Shown here piece after piece: positions 1 through 8,758 of a DNA stretch of 63,521 bases. Source of the DNA: a virus (taxonomy: Duplodnaviria > Caudoviricetes); the IMG/VR virus record IMGVR_UViG_3300027867_000006, positions 1 through 63,521 of that record; one strand, written 5' to 3'. A model generated the notes under the pieces. That model made no database searches. It had not been told where the DNA came from and was given only the letters and a program-made list of their open reading frames with translations. The stretch's first letter is position 1. Each line of letters begins with the position of its first letter. The translations under genes were made by a program, and so were the position numbers.

Positions 1-147
1 GCGTCGAGCCGCAGCAGTTGCGGGGTACGCGACCAGCACTCGATCCCCCGCCTTTATGTCGTCGCCTCTCAAGTGCCGGGTTCCTTCGATTCGGGGGTTG
101 AGATCCGCTGCCAGACGACTACGCCATCTTCACGCAGCCCGACTTGT
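1..147. repeat. Terminal direct repeat, left copy (circular assembly overlap)
   Basis: 1-147 matches 63374-63521 except GGGG here versus GGGGG in the right copy. Confidence 0.95.
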
Positions 148-317
148 ACGTCACCGACCAACAGGATGACATCATCTCGTCCGATGATGAGGTAGCCCAC
201 CCAGTGCACCTTGGCGGGGGCCTTGTTATCCAATCCGATCAAGGCAAAGAACCCGATGCCCAGCATGGCGACCAATGCCCAGCCCAAGATCAACAGCGCC
301 TTTTGCCAATCTTTCAT
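69..317 (-). CDS. Small membrane protein
   Basis: N-terminal hydrophobic helix (LLILGWALVAMLGIGFFALIGL); start overlaps the upstream stop; alternative start at 323. Confidence 0.6.
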   Translation of the reverse strand: MKDWQKALLILGWALVAMLGIGFFALIGLDNKAPAKVHWVGYLIIGRDDVILLVGDVQVGLREDGVVVWQRISTPESKEPGT

Positions 318-661
318 TTGCATCTCCTCGTCCGCTCGCGCCGGATCTCCAACAGCAGCCGAGCGAAAGCGGGGTACTCGGTGCCGTAGTTCTTGTCCGC
401 CGCCGCCTTTTTCAGCTCGGCCTCGGTGCCCTCGATGAGGATCTCGCCTCCCGGAGTGACGCGGCCCAGCTCCTTTCCGCTGCCCTCAAGGATGAGGTTG
501 CCGGGCGGTGGCAGCTTGACCTGAAAGTCCGCCGTGCTCGTGGCAAACCCAGCGGGCGAGAGTACGACCAAGACGAAGGCAGCAAGTGCAAAAATTAGAA
601 TCACGCCCAAGAATATAAGGCCGATTCCCTCTACAAATTGTAGACGTTTAAGGTCTTTCAT
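314..661 (-). CDS. Membrane-anchored hypothetical protein
   Basis: MKDLKRLQ start coupled to upstream stop; long TM segment. Confidence 0.6.
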   Translation of the reverse strand: MKDLKRLQFVEGIGLIFLGVILIFALAAFVLVVLSPAGFATSTADFQVKLPPPGNLILEGSGKELGRVTPGGEILIEGTEAELKKAAADKNYGTEYPAFARLLLEIRRERTRRCK

Positions 662-870
662 TTGTGTCTCCATTCGCCACACCACCAATTGCGCAGCACG
701 CGGGGGAAATCCGATACGAAGGTTTGCTTCTGCGGCATCGGCACACGCGAAGGCGGGAACCGCCGGCAGACGTGCCCGATGACCGTCCCTGTGGTGTCGC
801 CCTCAGCGACGACATCGACGCAGAACCGGCAATCGACGCAGATCTTTCGTTTCTTGCTCCACCAGCTCAT
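658..870 (-). CDS. Cys-rich small phage protein (CxxCRFC...CRRFPP...WCGEW)
   Basis: Motif pattern common in phage hypothetical proteins; ATGA coupling. Confidence 0.7.
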   Translation of the reverse strand: MSWWSKKRKICVDCRFCVDVVAEGDTTGTVIGHVCRRFPPSRVPMPQKQTFVSDFPRVLRNWWCGEWRHK

Positions 871-1031
871 AAGAAGTCCCTCCATTGACCGTGGCGCTGA
901 TGCTCCAGTTCGCGGCGGATGCGGATGTCCTCGTCTCCTACTTCAGCGATCGAGCCTAAAGCAATGATTCCAACCAGCACTGCTCCCTCCGTGATCAATC
1001 CCGCGCAAAAGCCCCACCAGAATAAGCTCAT
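867..1031 (-). CDS. 54-aa membrane protein (not in ORF track)
   Basis: MSLFWWGFCAGLITEGAVLVGIIALG... translated by hand; ATGA overlaps at both ends. Confidence 0.6.
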   Translation of the reverse strand: MSLFWWGFCAGLITEGAVLVGIIALGSIAEVGDEDIRIRRELEHQRHGQWRDFL

Positions 1032-1249
1032 CGGTATCTCCTGAAGATGTCATGTTGATCCCACTCGTGCTGATCGCGCCCGCTGAGCCCGCGCACGTCA
1101 CCGGCTCGAACTTCAATCGTATCACCGCAGCACTGCTGCCCGACGTATCCGCCAGGCGTCCATCGATCGATGCGCATCAGCGCTGTCGGCCCGACGCCAT
1201 AGCGCACCAGCGCGCCGATCTTGAAGCGGATGATCTGCTTTACGGTCAT
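1028..1249 (-). CDS. Hypothetical protein
   Basis: MTVKQIIRFKIGALVRYG start coupled to upstream stop. Confidence 0.6.
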   Translation of the reverse strand: MTVKQIIRFKIGALVRYGVGPTALMRIDRWTPGGYVGQQCCGDTIEVRAGDVRGLSGRDQHEWDQHDIFRRYR

Positions 1250-1659
1250 AGTGTGCCGTCCGACCCGATGAGGTAGCTCCACCCGTGCACCTGGAGATAC
1301 TCGAACGCTCGGCCATCGCCATAATCCGTCGTGTAGTACCCCCGATCTACCCACGCGACTTCGAGTTTCTGATCGTACTCGAGCGTGTCGTCATGCCGAC
1401 CCAATACGATCGCCACAGTTCCCCGCACGCACAGCCAGAAGTCCGTCGGGTGAAAAAACGCTACATCCGGGGGGTCGTCCTTCGGTCGCCCGAGACGTTC
1501 CCAACGCTGGTGAGCGCGGACCGACTCATTCGCGTTTCGGTGATGGCTCCAGATCCGCTCGATCCACTCTCGATCGTCGCAACTGATGTACAGCAGCCAG
1601 AAGACGGCTCCGCTGCTGCCGAGTGAAAGTACGCTGATGAGTATGAGAATCGACATCAT
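1246..1659 (-). CDS. Membrane-anchored hypothetical protein
   Basis: MMSILILISVLSLG start overlaps the primase stop; N-terminal TM segment. Confidence 0.6.
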   Translation of the reverse strand: MMSILILISVLSLGSSGAVFWLLYISCDDREWIERIWSHHRNANESVRAHQRWERLGRPKDDPPDVAFFHPTDFWLCVRGTVAIVLGRHDDTLEYDQKLEVAWVDRGYYTTDYGDGRAFEYLQVHGWSYLIGSDGTL

Positions 1660-3611
1660 GGCTTCTCCTTTCGCGTCCCAGGGACGCTCTCGACGAACTT
1701 GTACCCGCCCCCGATCCCCCGCTTCACCGTCAAGCGCCATCCGAGGTAGTTGCTCCCCTCGCGCATCGCCTTGTTGAGTATCGCGTGGACCTTCTTTGGG
1801 GGTGTGCGTGCTCCAACCGCTTTTGCGATTTCCTCGGCGGACACCCACTTCTCGGTGCCTCCGGCTCTCATCAGCGCTTCGTAGTACGTCTTCAGCGCGT
1901 CGCTGGTCAGCTCGTCGTGCACCAGGCCGAGAGCGATCCACACGCCAGTCGTAGGCGATTGCTCGACCAGCACGCGCTGCTCCCGGGTGTACCGGCCGTG
2001 CAAGTACAGCTCGCGTCGCTTCGGGATCAGGCCGCCTTTGCCTTCGGTGGCGTTCAGCGACTCGGGCACGGGCAGCAATGAGATCGTCGTGATCGCGGCT
2101 GCGCCAAAACCGGTCGTCCCGGCGATCATGTCGCCGGGATCCGATCCGTCGTGGTCGCGCTTGTTCTTGCCGTGGTGCATCGAGATGATGATCACGAGGT
2201 CGTCATACTTCTGCGCCACTTTCGTATAGTAGCGCATCGTATGGAAATCTCGAGCGTGGGCGTTCATCCCCTTCGACGTGCCGGGGTACTCATCGACGCG
2301 CAGCGCGGCCTCGAGCACGCGCAGCGGATCGACCGCGATGATCCGATACCCCTGCTTGTACCACCGCTCGATCAGCGTCTCGAACAGCGCCAGGCCGTGG
2401 ATGCGTCCGCCGATGCGGCGCACCTCGTCCAGATCGTCATTGAACACCAGCTTGATGTCGTCGTTCTTCCCGATCGTCGGAAGATGCCCGGCTGCGATCG
2501 AGCCTAAGAACCGGTGGGCGATGCCGCCTGCGGTGTCCTCGCCGGCGATGATGATGGTCTTCTGCTTGGCGCGCACCGGAAAGCCCATGTGCTTCGGGGC
2601 GTTCGCGAGAAACGGCACGGCTGTCGCTACAGACAGGGCGAGCTGCATCGCGATGTACGACTTGCCCTCCTTCATCTTCGCGCTGATCATCGTAGCGCCG
2701 GGGTACAGGAAATCTCCCACTAGCGACGGCGGCAGCTTCGCCGTGCGTATCTCGTTCGAAAGCAACCCGACGCCGATATCCGGCAAATCATCGACGCTCA
2801 GGTGACCGCGCCATGCGTCAGCTCGGCGTGACAGGCCGTCGCCGCGCTGCATCCAGCGCCACTTCTTCACTACGACCTGGCGTACCTCGTGCCGCGGCAT
2901 CGGATCTGGCAGCCGCGAGTTCCACTCGAGCGCTATCTCGAGCAGCTCGGCTTGCGACTCGCAGCGCAGCGCGTCAGCCTCTCCCAGGCGGATGACCAGC
3001 GTGGAATTGCGCTCGCCTTTGCCGATTTCCTCGGGCTTGTTCGCCATGCGAACGCCCGTGAAGTCGACCTTGATGACCTCCGAGTCGCGTATCCAGGAGC
3101 CCGAGTTCGTCCAGATCGTGTGGTTGCTGGCCTGCGATCGCTTGTGGATCGGGCAAAACCACAACTGCTCGGGCATGCGCGATCGAACATCGATCTTGGC
3201 ATTCTTGCCGATCGGAGAGAGTACTTTGTCCACGATCGCTCCGAATCGATCGAGGTCTATGCCACCCTCCACAGGCAGCACGACACGCCACCGGGGTTCC
3301 TCAGGCGTGGAATTCCAGGTCGTCCACGCGATGTACTCCCACCGGCTCAACGCCTTGAGCACCTTCTTCTCGTCGAACACCCCATCGAGGTCAGCGACCA
3401 CGGCCCACGGCTTGCCGATGATGTTCTCGCGCCGCCGTAAGTTCCCGCGGTACTCTGAGGTTGAGAACCAGTACGCCGCTCGCTTCGTCTCGTTTGATTC
3501 ATCGGCCATTGCGACGCTGTAGGAGCGCATCAACGCGCAGAACGCCGACCACGACACCTCGTGGGACTTGCCGACGTTTGATGTGACGCCTTTCGCAACG
3601 AGGAGCTTCAT
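1656..3611 (-). CDS. Primase-helicase (primase-like N-terminus, PriCT-like domain, RepA/AAA_25 helicase, C-terminal wHTH)
   Basis: VVADLD and PRWRVVLP primase-type motifs; GERNSTL...WN PriCT-like segment; Walker A AKMKEGKS; Walker B IIAVDP; MHHGK. Confidence 0.85.
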   Translation of the reverse strand: MKLLVAKGVTSNVGKSHEVSWSAFCALMRSYSVAMADESNETKRAAYWFSTSEYRGNLRRRENIIGKPWAVVADLDGVFDEKKVLKALSRWEYIAWTTWNSTPEEPRWRVVLPVEGGIDLDRFGAIVDKVLSPIGKNAKIDVRSRMPEQLWFCPIHKRSQASNHTIWTNSGSWIRDSEVIKVDFTGVRMANKPEEIGKGERNSTLVIRLGEADALRCESQAELLEIALEWNSRLPDPMPRHEVRQVVVKKWRWMQRGDGLSRRADAWRGHLSVDDLPDIGVGLLSNEIRTAKLPPSLVGDFLYPGATMISAKMKEGKSYIAMQLALSVATAVPFLANAPKHMGFPVRAKQKTIIIAGEDTAGGIAHRFLGSIAAGHLPTIGKNDDIKLVFNDDLDEVRRIGGRIHGLALFETLIERWYKQGYRIIAVDPLRVLEAALRVDEYPGTSKGMNAHARDFHTMRYYTKVAQKYDDLVIIISMHHGKNKRDHDGSDPGDMIAGTTGFGAAAITTISLLPVPESLNATEGKGGLIPKRRELYLHGRYTREQRVLVEQSPTTGVWIALGLVHDELTSDALKTYYEALMRAGGTEKWVSAEEIAKAVGARTPPKKVHAILNKAMREGSNYLGWRLTVKRGIGGGYKFVESVPGTRKEKP

Positions 3612-3859
3612 CGCTGCAATCGTCGAAGCGTCTTCGCTTCTCGTATGGTATTTAGATTCCGCTGAAGTCTGAAATTTGCTTCAGCGAGTGGATCACCTGT
3701 GACCTCCATACATTCCTTCGCAATCTCGTAAGCGTTGTGACTCGATAAGCATTCGACATAGCAGTCGCTCTCGGGGTGGTACCACAATGATCGGTGTGCC
3801 TTGATGAAAGGCCCCACGCGGACGAAAGATCCCGTGGACGTTCGGCTATACCGTGCCAT
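3608..3859 (-). CDS. Hypothetical protein
   Basis: 83-aa ORF coupled to the primase gene. Confidence 0.55.
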   Translation of the reverse strand: MARYSRTSTGSFVRVGPFIKAHRSLWYHPESDCYVECLSSHNAYEIAKECMEVTGDPLAEANFRLQRNLNTIREAKTLRRLQR

Positions 3860-4079
3860 GTGGACCCCTCTCTCCGAGTTTGTAGCGACGCCCGGACGTC
3901 GTGAGGACGATCTCTCTCAGTGTCGAAACGTGCTTCTCCGGGATGCTCCACAGGCGTCCACGCTTGCGCGCCCGCAGTCGTTTAGAGTGTTGGCGGAGTT
4001 TCGTCTGAACGTGTGCTCGAGAGTAGTTGAGTTCTCGGCAGATCGCCGTGACGGCATCCGCGGCTAGAATCATTTGCAC
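3846..4079 (-). CDS. Putative HTH DNA-binding protein
   Basis: AVTAICRELNYSRAHVQTKLR...GRLWSIP excisionase-like HTH pattern; first gene of the leftward unit. Confidence 0.55.
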   Translation of the reverse strand: MQMILAADAVTAICRELNYSRAHVQTKLRQHSKRLRARKRGRLWSIPEKHVSTLREIVLTTSGRRYKLGERGPHGTV

Positions 4080-4089
4080 CTGATGTCGC

Positions 4090-4237
4090 TCCCCCGAGTT
4101 GGAAAGTAAATGGTCGATGAAATACTATTCCAAAAAGCTCGTCGCGGGAACATCGTCGGAAAATAGTTTTTCCGTCGGTTTTCCGATCAGGTACAATTCG
4201 CATCGTTCGAAATCGTGGTCATTTTAAGGAGCGCTAC
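4090..4237. promoter_or_regulatory. Divergent promoter region
   Basis: Intergenic region between divergent units; TACAAT at 4192-4197; inverted repeat CGGAAAA-tagt-TTTTCCG at 4157-4174; AAGGAG SD before 4238. Confidence 0.5.
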
Positions 4238-4693
4238 ATGGCGACAGCCCTGCCGGGTGTTACACCCCCACCCGTTTTCCCGAAGCGAACGATCGTCTGC
4301 CTCTGCGGCTCGACGAAATTCTACCAGGCTTTCGCTCAAGCGAACGCCGACGAGACCCTCGCCGGGAAGATCGTCTTGTCGGTAGGATTCTTCCTCCACT
4401 CGACGCATCACACTGGCATCGGTCCGAGGGTAATTTCCCCCCACGAGAAAGAAAACCTCGACAGTCTGCACATGTCGAAGATCGATCTTGCCGATGAGAT
4501 CCTCGTGCTGAATGTCGGGGACTACATCGGGATGTCCACCCGGCGTGAAACCTGGTACGCCTTCCACAAGGGCAAGAGCGTCCGGTTCCTCGAGAAGATC
4601 CACGGCGCACGGGAAATCAACTCGTGGTTCGCTAACTGGGGCGCCTGGTCCGTTGCCGCGTCTGCGGCGTCGATTCAGCCGAGCGGGTCATGA
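4238..4693 (+). CDS. Nucleoside 2-deoxyribosyltransferase-like (NDT-fold) protein
   Basis: CLCGSTKF...LHMSKIDLADEILVLNVGDYIGMSTRRE pattern. Confidence 0.65.
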   Translation: MATALPGVTPPPVFPKRTIVCLCGSTKFYQAFAQANADETLAGKIVLSVGFFLHSTHHTGIGPRVISPHEKENLDSLHMSKIDLADEILVLNVGDYIGMSTRRETWYAFHKGKSVRFLEKIHGAREINSWFANWGAWSVAASAASIQPSGS

Positions 4694-5445
4694 TCAATGT
4701 CCTCGATCACGGCTATGTGAAGTTCATCGAGTGCTGGGGCTCGGACGAGCGCGTCATCGAAGCCGCCCGCATGTCGACCGACAAGGGCTTCAACGGGTGG
4801 GGACCGATTCACGAGTCCAGCTGTCATTCGCTCCATGAGCCCACTTTCCCTTGTACCTGTACGCCGAAAGCAGGCGACGAGAAGCTCCTCGCGTTCCTGT
4901 ACAAGAACAAACACATGACGCCTTTCGAAATGGGGGGCATCGTCATCGAGGTGATGGCGCCGATCTTCGTCTTTCGCGAGTGGCACCGTCACCGCACGCA
5001 GTCATATAACGAGATGTCGGCGCGATACATCCCGCTGCCCAACGTGAACTACGTTCCATCGATCGATCGCATCCTCAACGGCATCGCCAGCGTCGGAACG
5101 AACAGACAGGCTGCTGCACTCAACGCGAAGGGAGACCCGATCGAGGAGCCCGACTTCGAGAACTGGTTAGGAGATTTGGAGTCGGCCTACAAGTATTCGC
5201 AAGTGGTGTACGAGCGGGGCCTGAAGCTTGGTGTTCCGAAGGAACTCGCACGTCTGCCCGTTCCTGTCGCTCGATACAGCCGCATGCGGGCCTCAGCGAA
5301 TCTGCGAAACTGGCTGCAATTCCTGACGCTGCGCCAAGCGCCGAACGCGCAGTGGGAAATTCGGCAATATGCTGAAGCCGTTGGAATTCTAGTCAGCGAG
5401 TCCTTCCCGCGAACTTACGCACTATTCAAAGGAGAACCGAAATGA
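4690..5445 (+). CDS. thyX: FAD-dependent thymidylate synthase
   Basis: AARMS, HMTPFE, REWHRHRTQSYNEMSARY (RHRx7S motif), KELAR, AQWEIR. Confidence 0.95.
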   Translation: MINVLDHGYVKFIECWGSDERVIEAARMSTDKGFNGWGPIHESSCHSLHEPTFPCTCTPKAGDEKLLAFLYKNKHMTPFEMGGIVIEVMAPIFVFREWHRHRTQSYNEMSARYIPLPNVNYVPSIDRILNGIASVGTNRQAAALNAKGDPIEEPDFENWLGDLESAYKYSQVVYERGLKLGVPKELARLPVPVARYSRMRASANLRNWLQFLTLRQAPNAQWEIRQYAEAVGILVSESFPRTYALFKGEPK

Positions 5446-6173
5446 TCGCATTCCACGGTGATAGCAACCTCAAGGCCCGCTACGTTGACCGCCTAAAGGC
5501 GCACGAAGTGGCCGACGAAATCATCCACGGCACCTATTGGGAGAACGGTAAGGGCTGCGCCGTGGGCTGCACGATCCACAGCAGCAATCATGGTGCCTAC
5601 GAAACGGAACTCGGCATTCCGATGATCCTGGCGCGACTGGAAGATCGCATCTTCGAAGGCATGAGCAACGGCAACTCGAAAGAGTTTCCCATGCGCTTCC
5701 TGAACGCGATTCCGGTCGGTGCTGACCTCTCCAGCGTCTGGTATCAATTCGCGCACTGGCTGCTGGTGGACGAAAAGGATGGTGTTCTGCGCTTCGCCAA
5801 GACTGACCGGACGAAGAAGGCCATTCAGGACGTAGCAGACCTCTATGCTCGCGCCGGGCGCGGCGAGAAGGTAGCAACGAAAGAATGGCAAAGCGCCCGG
5901 CAGTACGCCGCCGCCGCCACCGCCGCCGCCGCCGCCTACGCCGACGCCGCCGCCGCCTACGCCGCCGCCGCCGCCCCCGCCGTCGACGCCGCCGCCGCCT
6001 ACGCCGCCGCCGACGCCGCCGCCGCCGCCCCCGCCGTCGACGCCGCCGCCGCCGCCGCCGCCGCCGCCTACGCCGACGCCGCCGCCGCCGCACGGCGAAA
6101 AGCCTACAAGCGGCAGGCCGACAAACTGATCGAGCTGCTAATGGCAGCGCCTATTCCTGAGGGGGTCACATGA
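5442..6173 (+). CDS. Phage protein with poly-Ala (AAAY/AADA) low-complexity tract
   Basis: GGAG SD; globular N-terminus GKGCAVGC...LEDRIFEG; ~60-residue Ala tract. Confidence 0.8.
   Translation: MIAFHGDSNLKARYVDRLKAHEVADEIIHGTYWENGKGCAVGCTIHSSNHGAYETELGIPMILARLEDRIFEGMSNGNSKEFPMRFLNAIPVGADLSSVWYQFAHWLLVDEKDGVLRFAKTDRTKKAIQDVADLYARAGRGEKVATKEWQSARQYAAAATAAAAAYADAAAAYAAAAAPAVDAAAAYAAADAAAAAPAVDAAAAAAAAAYADAAAAARRKAYKRQADKLIELLMAAPIPEGVT
5904..6092 (+). repeat. (GCC)n-based in-frame microsatellite
   Basis: GCC runs interrupted by TAC, GAC and CCCGCCGTCGAC units. Confidence 0.9.
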
Positions 6174-6673
6174 TCATCGTCGTGGAAGGATGCGATAACG
6201 CCGGCAAGACCACCTTGGCTTTGGATCTTGCCAAGAGGCTTCGCGCCGTGTTCCTGAAGGTCGAGCGTCCTGCGAGGGGAGTCGACCTCATGGCGTTTGC
6301 CAATCTGCTCGAGGTGGCGAAGAGTTACTCAGGTATCGTCGTAACTGATCGTCACGTCGCTATCAGCGAGCCGATCTACGGCAATATCATTCGAGGTGGG
6401 CACTCACTCAAGACCGAAGACCTTGCGTTGGCTCGAGAACGAATCGACCTCGTGGTCTATTGCCGACCCCCTAACGCTCGGATCTTCTCGACTATGGCCG
6501 ATCGCGAGCAGATGGAAGGTGTCATCGAGCAAGGCGAATCGATTCTCTGCGCCTATGATGATCTGTTTTTCACACCCGGTCCTCGGCACACCCGGTACGA
6601 CTACACGACGATGACGGTGGACGATCTGCTTCAACGCATCGCTCCGCTATTCAATCCGGCCCAAAGGAGCTGA
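6170..6673 (+). CDS. dNMP (thymidylate-like) kinase
   Basis: IIVVEGCDNAGKTT P-loop; TDRHVAISEPIYG. Confidence 0.85.
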   Translation: MIIVVEGCDNAGKTTLALDLAKRLRAVFLKVERPARGVDLMAFANLLEVAKSYSGIVVTDRHVAISEPIYGNIIRGGHSLKTEDLALARERIDLVVYCRPPNARIFSTMADREQMEGVIEQGESILCAYDDLFFTPGPRHTRYDYTTMTVDDLLQRIAPLFNPAQRS

Positions 6674-6674
6674 A

Positions 6675-7382
6675 ATGCACGAAAGAAACGACTTCCTCGA
6701 TGTGCGCGAGTTCCACGTCAAATTTGGCGTACCGATCGATCACCCGGGCGTGCCAGTCCACTGGATGGACGATTCGATGTTCAGGTTCCGGCAGAAATTT
6801 CTGACCGAGGAGCTCAGCGAGTACGCTGATGCAGTCAACCGCAGCGACCTCGTGAAGACCGTCGATTCTCTGATCGACTTTGTCTATGTCGCGATGGGAA
6901 CCGCGCTGTTCATGGGTGCGGGGGAAGTCTACGTCGAGTGGCCAAAGTTCGCTCCAGTACGCCAGCGCGTCTTGCGCAACCGCTGGAACATGCCCCACAC
7001 ATCGGCCCCGATTTTTCTGACGGGTCAACTGAACCTCGAGATGCACGACCGCATGGCTCGGTTGATCGGTCAGTTCTGTCTTAATCACGTGTCGAAGAGC
7101 AAAGGTGAATGGGCGCATGACGTCACCGTGGGAATCCTGAAGATGGCCGTGCTCGAGGCGTATTTGACCGCCGCGATGATGAACGTCCCGTGGGTCGAAT
7201 GCTGGCAGCACGTTCACGACGCGAACATGAAGAAGATTCGAGCTGCATCAGATGGATCGGACTCCACGAGAAAGTCTCCCTGGGACGTGGTTAAGCCCGT
7301 TGGCTGGCTGCCCCCCGATCCTTCGATCCGACTCGAACTCGAGATGCGCGGCGCAATCATTCACACTCAGGGTGGAGTCTGA
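6675..7382 (+). CDS. MazG-like all-alpha NTP pyrophosphohydrolase
   Basis: DVREFHVKFG, EELSEY, DSLIDFVYVAMG, VHDANMKK, VVKPVGW. Confidence 0.8.
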   Translation: MHERNDFLDVREFHVKFGVPIDHPGVPVHWMDDSMFRFRQKFLTEELSEYADAVNRSDLVKTVDSLIDFVYVAMGTALFMGAGEVYVEWPKFAPVRQRVLRNRWNMPHTSAPIFLTGQLNLEMHDRMARLIGQFCLNHVSKSKGEWAHDVTVGILKMAVLEAYLTAAMMNVPWVECWQHVHDANMKKIRAASDGSDSTRKSPWDVVKPVGWLPPDPSIRLELEMRGAIIHTQGGV

Positions 7383-8167
7383 TGCTCATAGGATTGATCA
7401 AGCACGCTGTTGCGCTGCCGACGTTCGTTCTGCACGGCGTGCGCAAGATCGTTCAGGGCGTGCGGTGGGACGAAAAAGAACTCCCGCCCGCGCTGGACAT
7501 CTTGCGCGATCTGGGCTATAAGCCCGTGAAAGTGACCAGGTTGCTGAATCTCTACTACAACAAGGAGGAGGTCGCTAAAGCCAAAGCGAAGCTGAAGCAG
7601 CGTGTCGGTGAAGAGCATTCCTCGGTGTCGATCCTGACGCGCAACATGGAGAAGACGCATCCCATCACGCAGGGCTGGTGCATCCAGAACGTGGTCATCT
7701 CGCAGCGCTGGCACCGAAAAGAGCTGACCACCACGGCAGACGTCTTCTACCGCAGCACGGAAGCGATTATGAAATTCGGGGCGGATATCACATTGCTCCA
7801 CAACATATTCGATGGTGTCGGGGTCAAGCCATCGGTCGTACGGTTCTACTTCGCCAACCTGTACGTTTCGGCCGTCTTCTTCCCGCTGCTGTTTCGACAC
7901 ACAGACGGAGTCGCCTTCTTTCAGCACATCCGCAAGCATGACCCAGCGTTCTGGTGGTTGGCGACGAAAGCTGTGAGCCGTTATCTCGATCCGGTGAATC
8001 GCTACACCTACCGCGCTCAGGTGAAGCAGCGAGAGCTGGCGCAAGGACTCGATCGAGTGCCACTCGATGAGTACTTCTTCAATCGCTGTGGGCCTGAGAT
8101 GGCCGAGTATCATCGAGCGCACGCACCCCGGAAATCTACCGTGAGGAAGAAACGTGCAGTCGAATAA
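7382..8167 (+). CDS. Divergent thymidylate-synthase-fold protein
   Basis: GWCIQ...FYRSTEAIMKFGAD resembles the TS Cys...RSxD(x7)N/D core; located in a nucleotide cluster. Confidence 0.5.
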   Translation: MLIGLIKHAVALPTFVLHGVRKIVQGVRWDEKELPPALDILRDLGYKPVKVTRLLNLYYNKEEVAKAKAKLKQRVGEEHSSVSILTRNMEKTHPITQGWCIQNVVISQRWHRKELTTTADVFYRSTEAIMKFGADITLLHNIFDGVGVKPSVVRFYFANLYVSAVFFPLLFRHTDGVAFFQHIRKHDPAFWWLATKAVSRYLDPVNRYTYRAQVKQRELAQGLDRVPLDEYFFNRCGPEMAEYHRAHAPRKSTVRKKRAVE

Positions 8168-8756
8168 TGTTTTCTCAAATTCAGCCGAGAATATAGCCGC
8201 AATTTTGAATCTCCACTTCCCTAGAGGAACGATACTGGATGTGAACTATGGACTCGGTAGGTTCTATCGGAACGTCAAACATCGAAAAATAACGGGGGTA
8301 GATATTCGACCTGGTGCAACTGTGAAATGTGATAATCGCCAATTGCCATTCGAAGACGATTCGTTCGATATTGACGTATGTGACCCTCCGTACAAGAGGG
8401 GGGATGGAGTTCGATACGAAAAGTCTTATGGGAAAGCACCGAAGACCGAGACCCAAGTGACCTGGAGTTATCATGAGACACTTACCGAATTGTTGAGGGT
8501 TTCGCGCCACGGCCTCATTGTTAAGCTTCAAGACGGGACTGACGGTCATCGGTTTTTTGACCGCCGATTCCACATCACGACCTGGTTGAAGGATAAAATC
8601 GGTCTTGAACCTCACGATGTCTCTTGCAATGTCAGATTTTCCCTCGCTTCAACACTGGTTCCTGGTCGAGTTCCTCATTTCTTCCAACAGGGTGTGAGCT
8701 ATTTCTTGATCTACCGTTGGTCTCAAAAAAACCCATACAAAAGAGCGAGATTCTAA
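8154..8756 (+). CDS. SAM-dependent amino-methyltransferase (DPPY)
   Basis: ILDVNYGLG motif I; LPFEDDSFD; DPPY motif IV. Confidence 0.75.
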   Translation: MQSNNVFSNSAENIAAILNLHFPRGTILDVNYGLGRFYRNVKHRKITGVDIRPGATVKCDNRQLPFEDDSFDIDVCDPPYKRGDGVRYEKSYGKAPKTETQVTWSYHETLTELLRVSRHGLIVKLQDGTDGHRFFDRRFHITTWLKDKIGLEPHDVSCNVRFSLASTLVPGRVPHFFQQGVSYFLIYRWSQKNPYKRARF

Positions 8757-8758
8757 AA

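Noticed and set aside
5904-6092. CRISPR array or DGR variable region
   Set aside because: No repeat-spacer periodicity, no second template copy and no reverse transcriptase in the window.
5521-6160. Poly-Arg ORFs (5521-6093 minus, 5885-6160 plus)
   Set aside because: Alternative-frame shadows of the GCC repeat. The Ala frame has an SD, translational coupling and a globular N-terminus.
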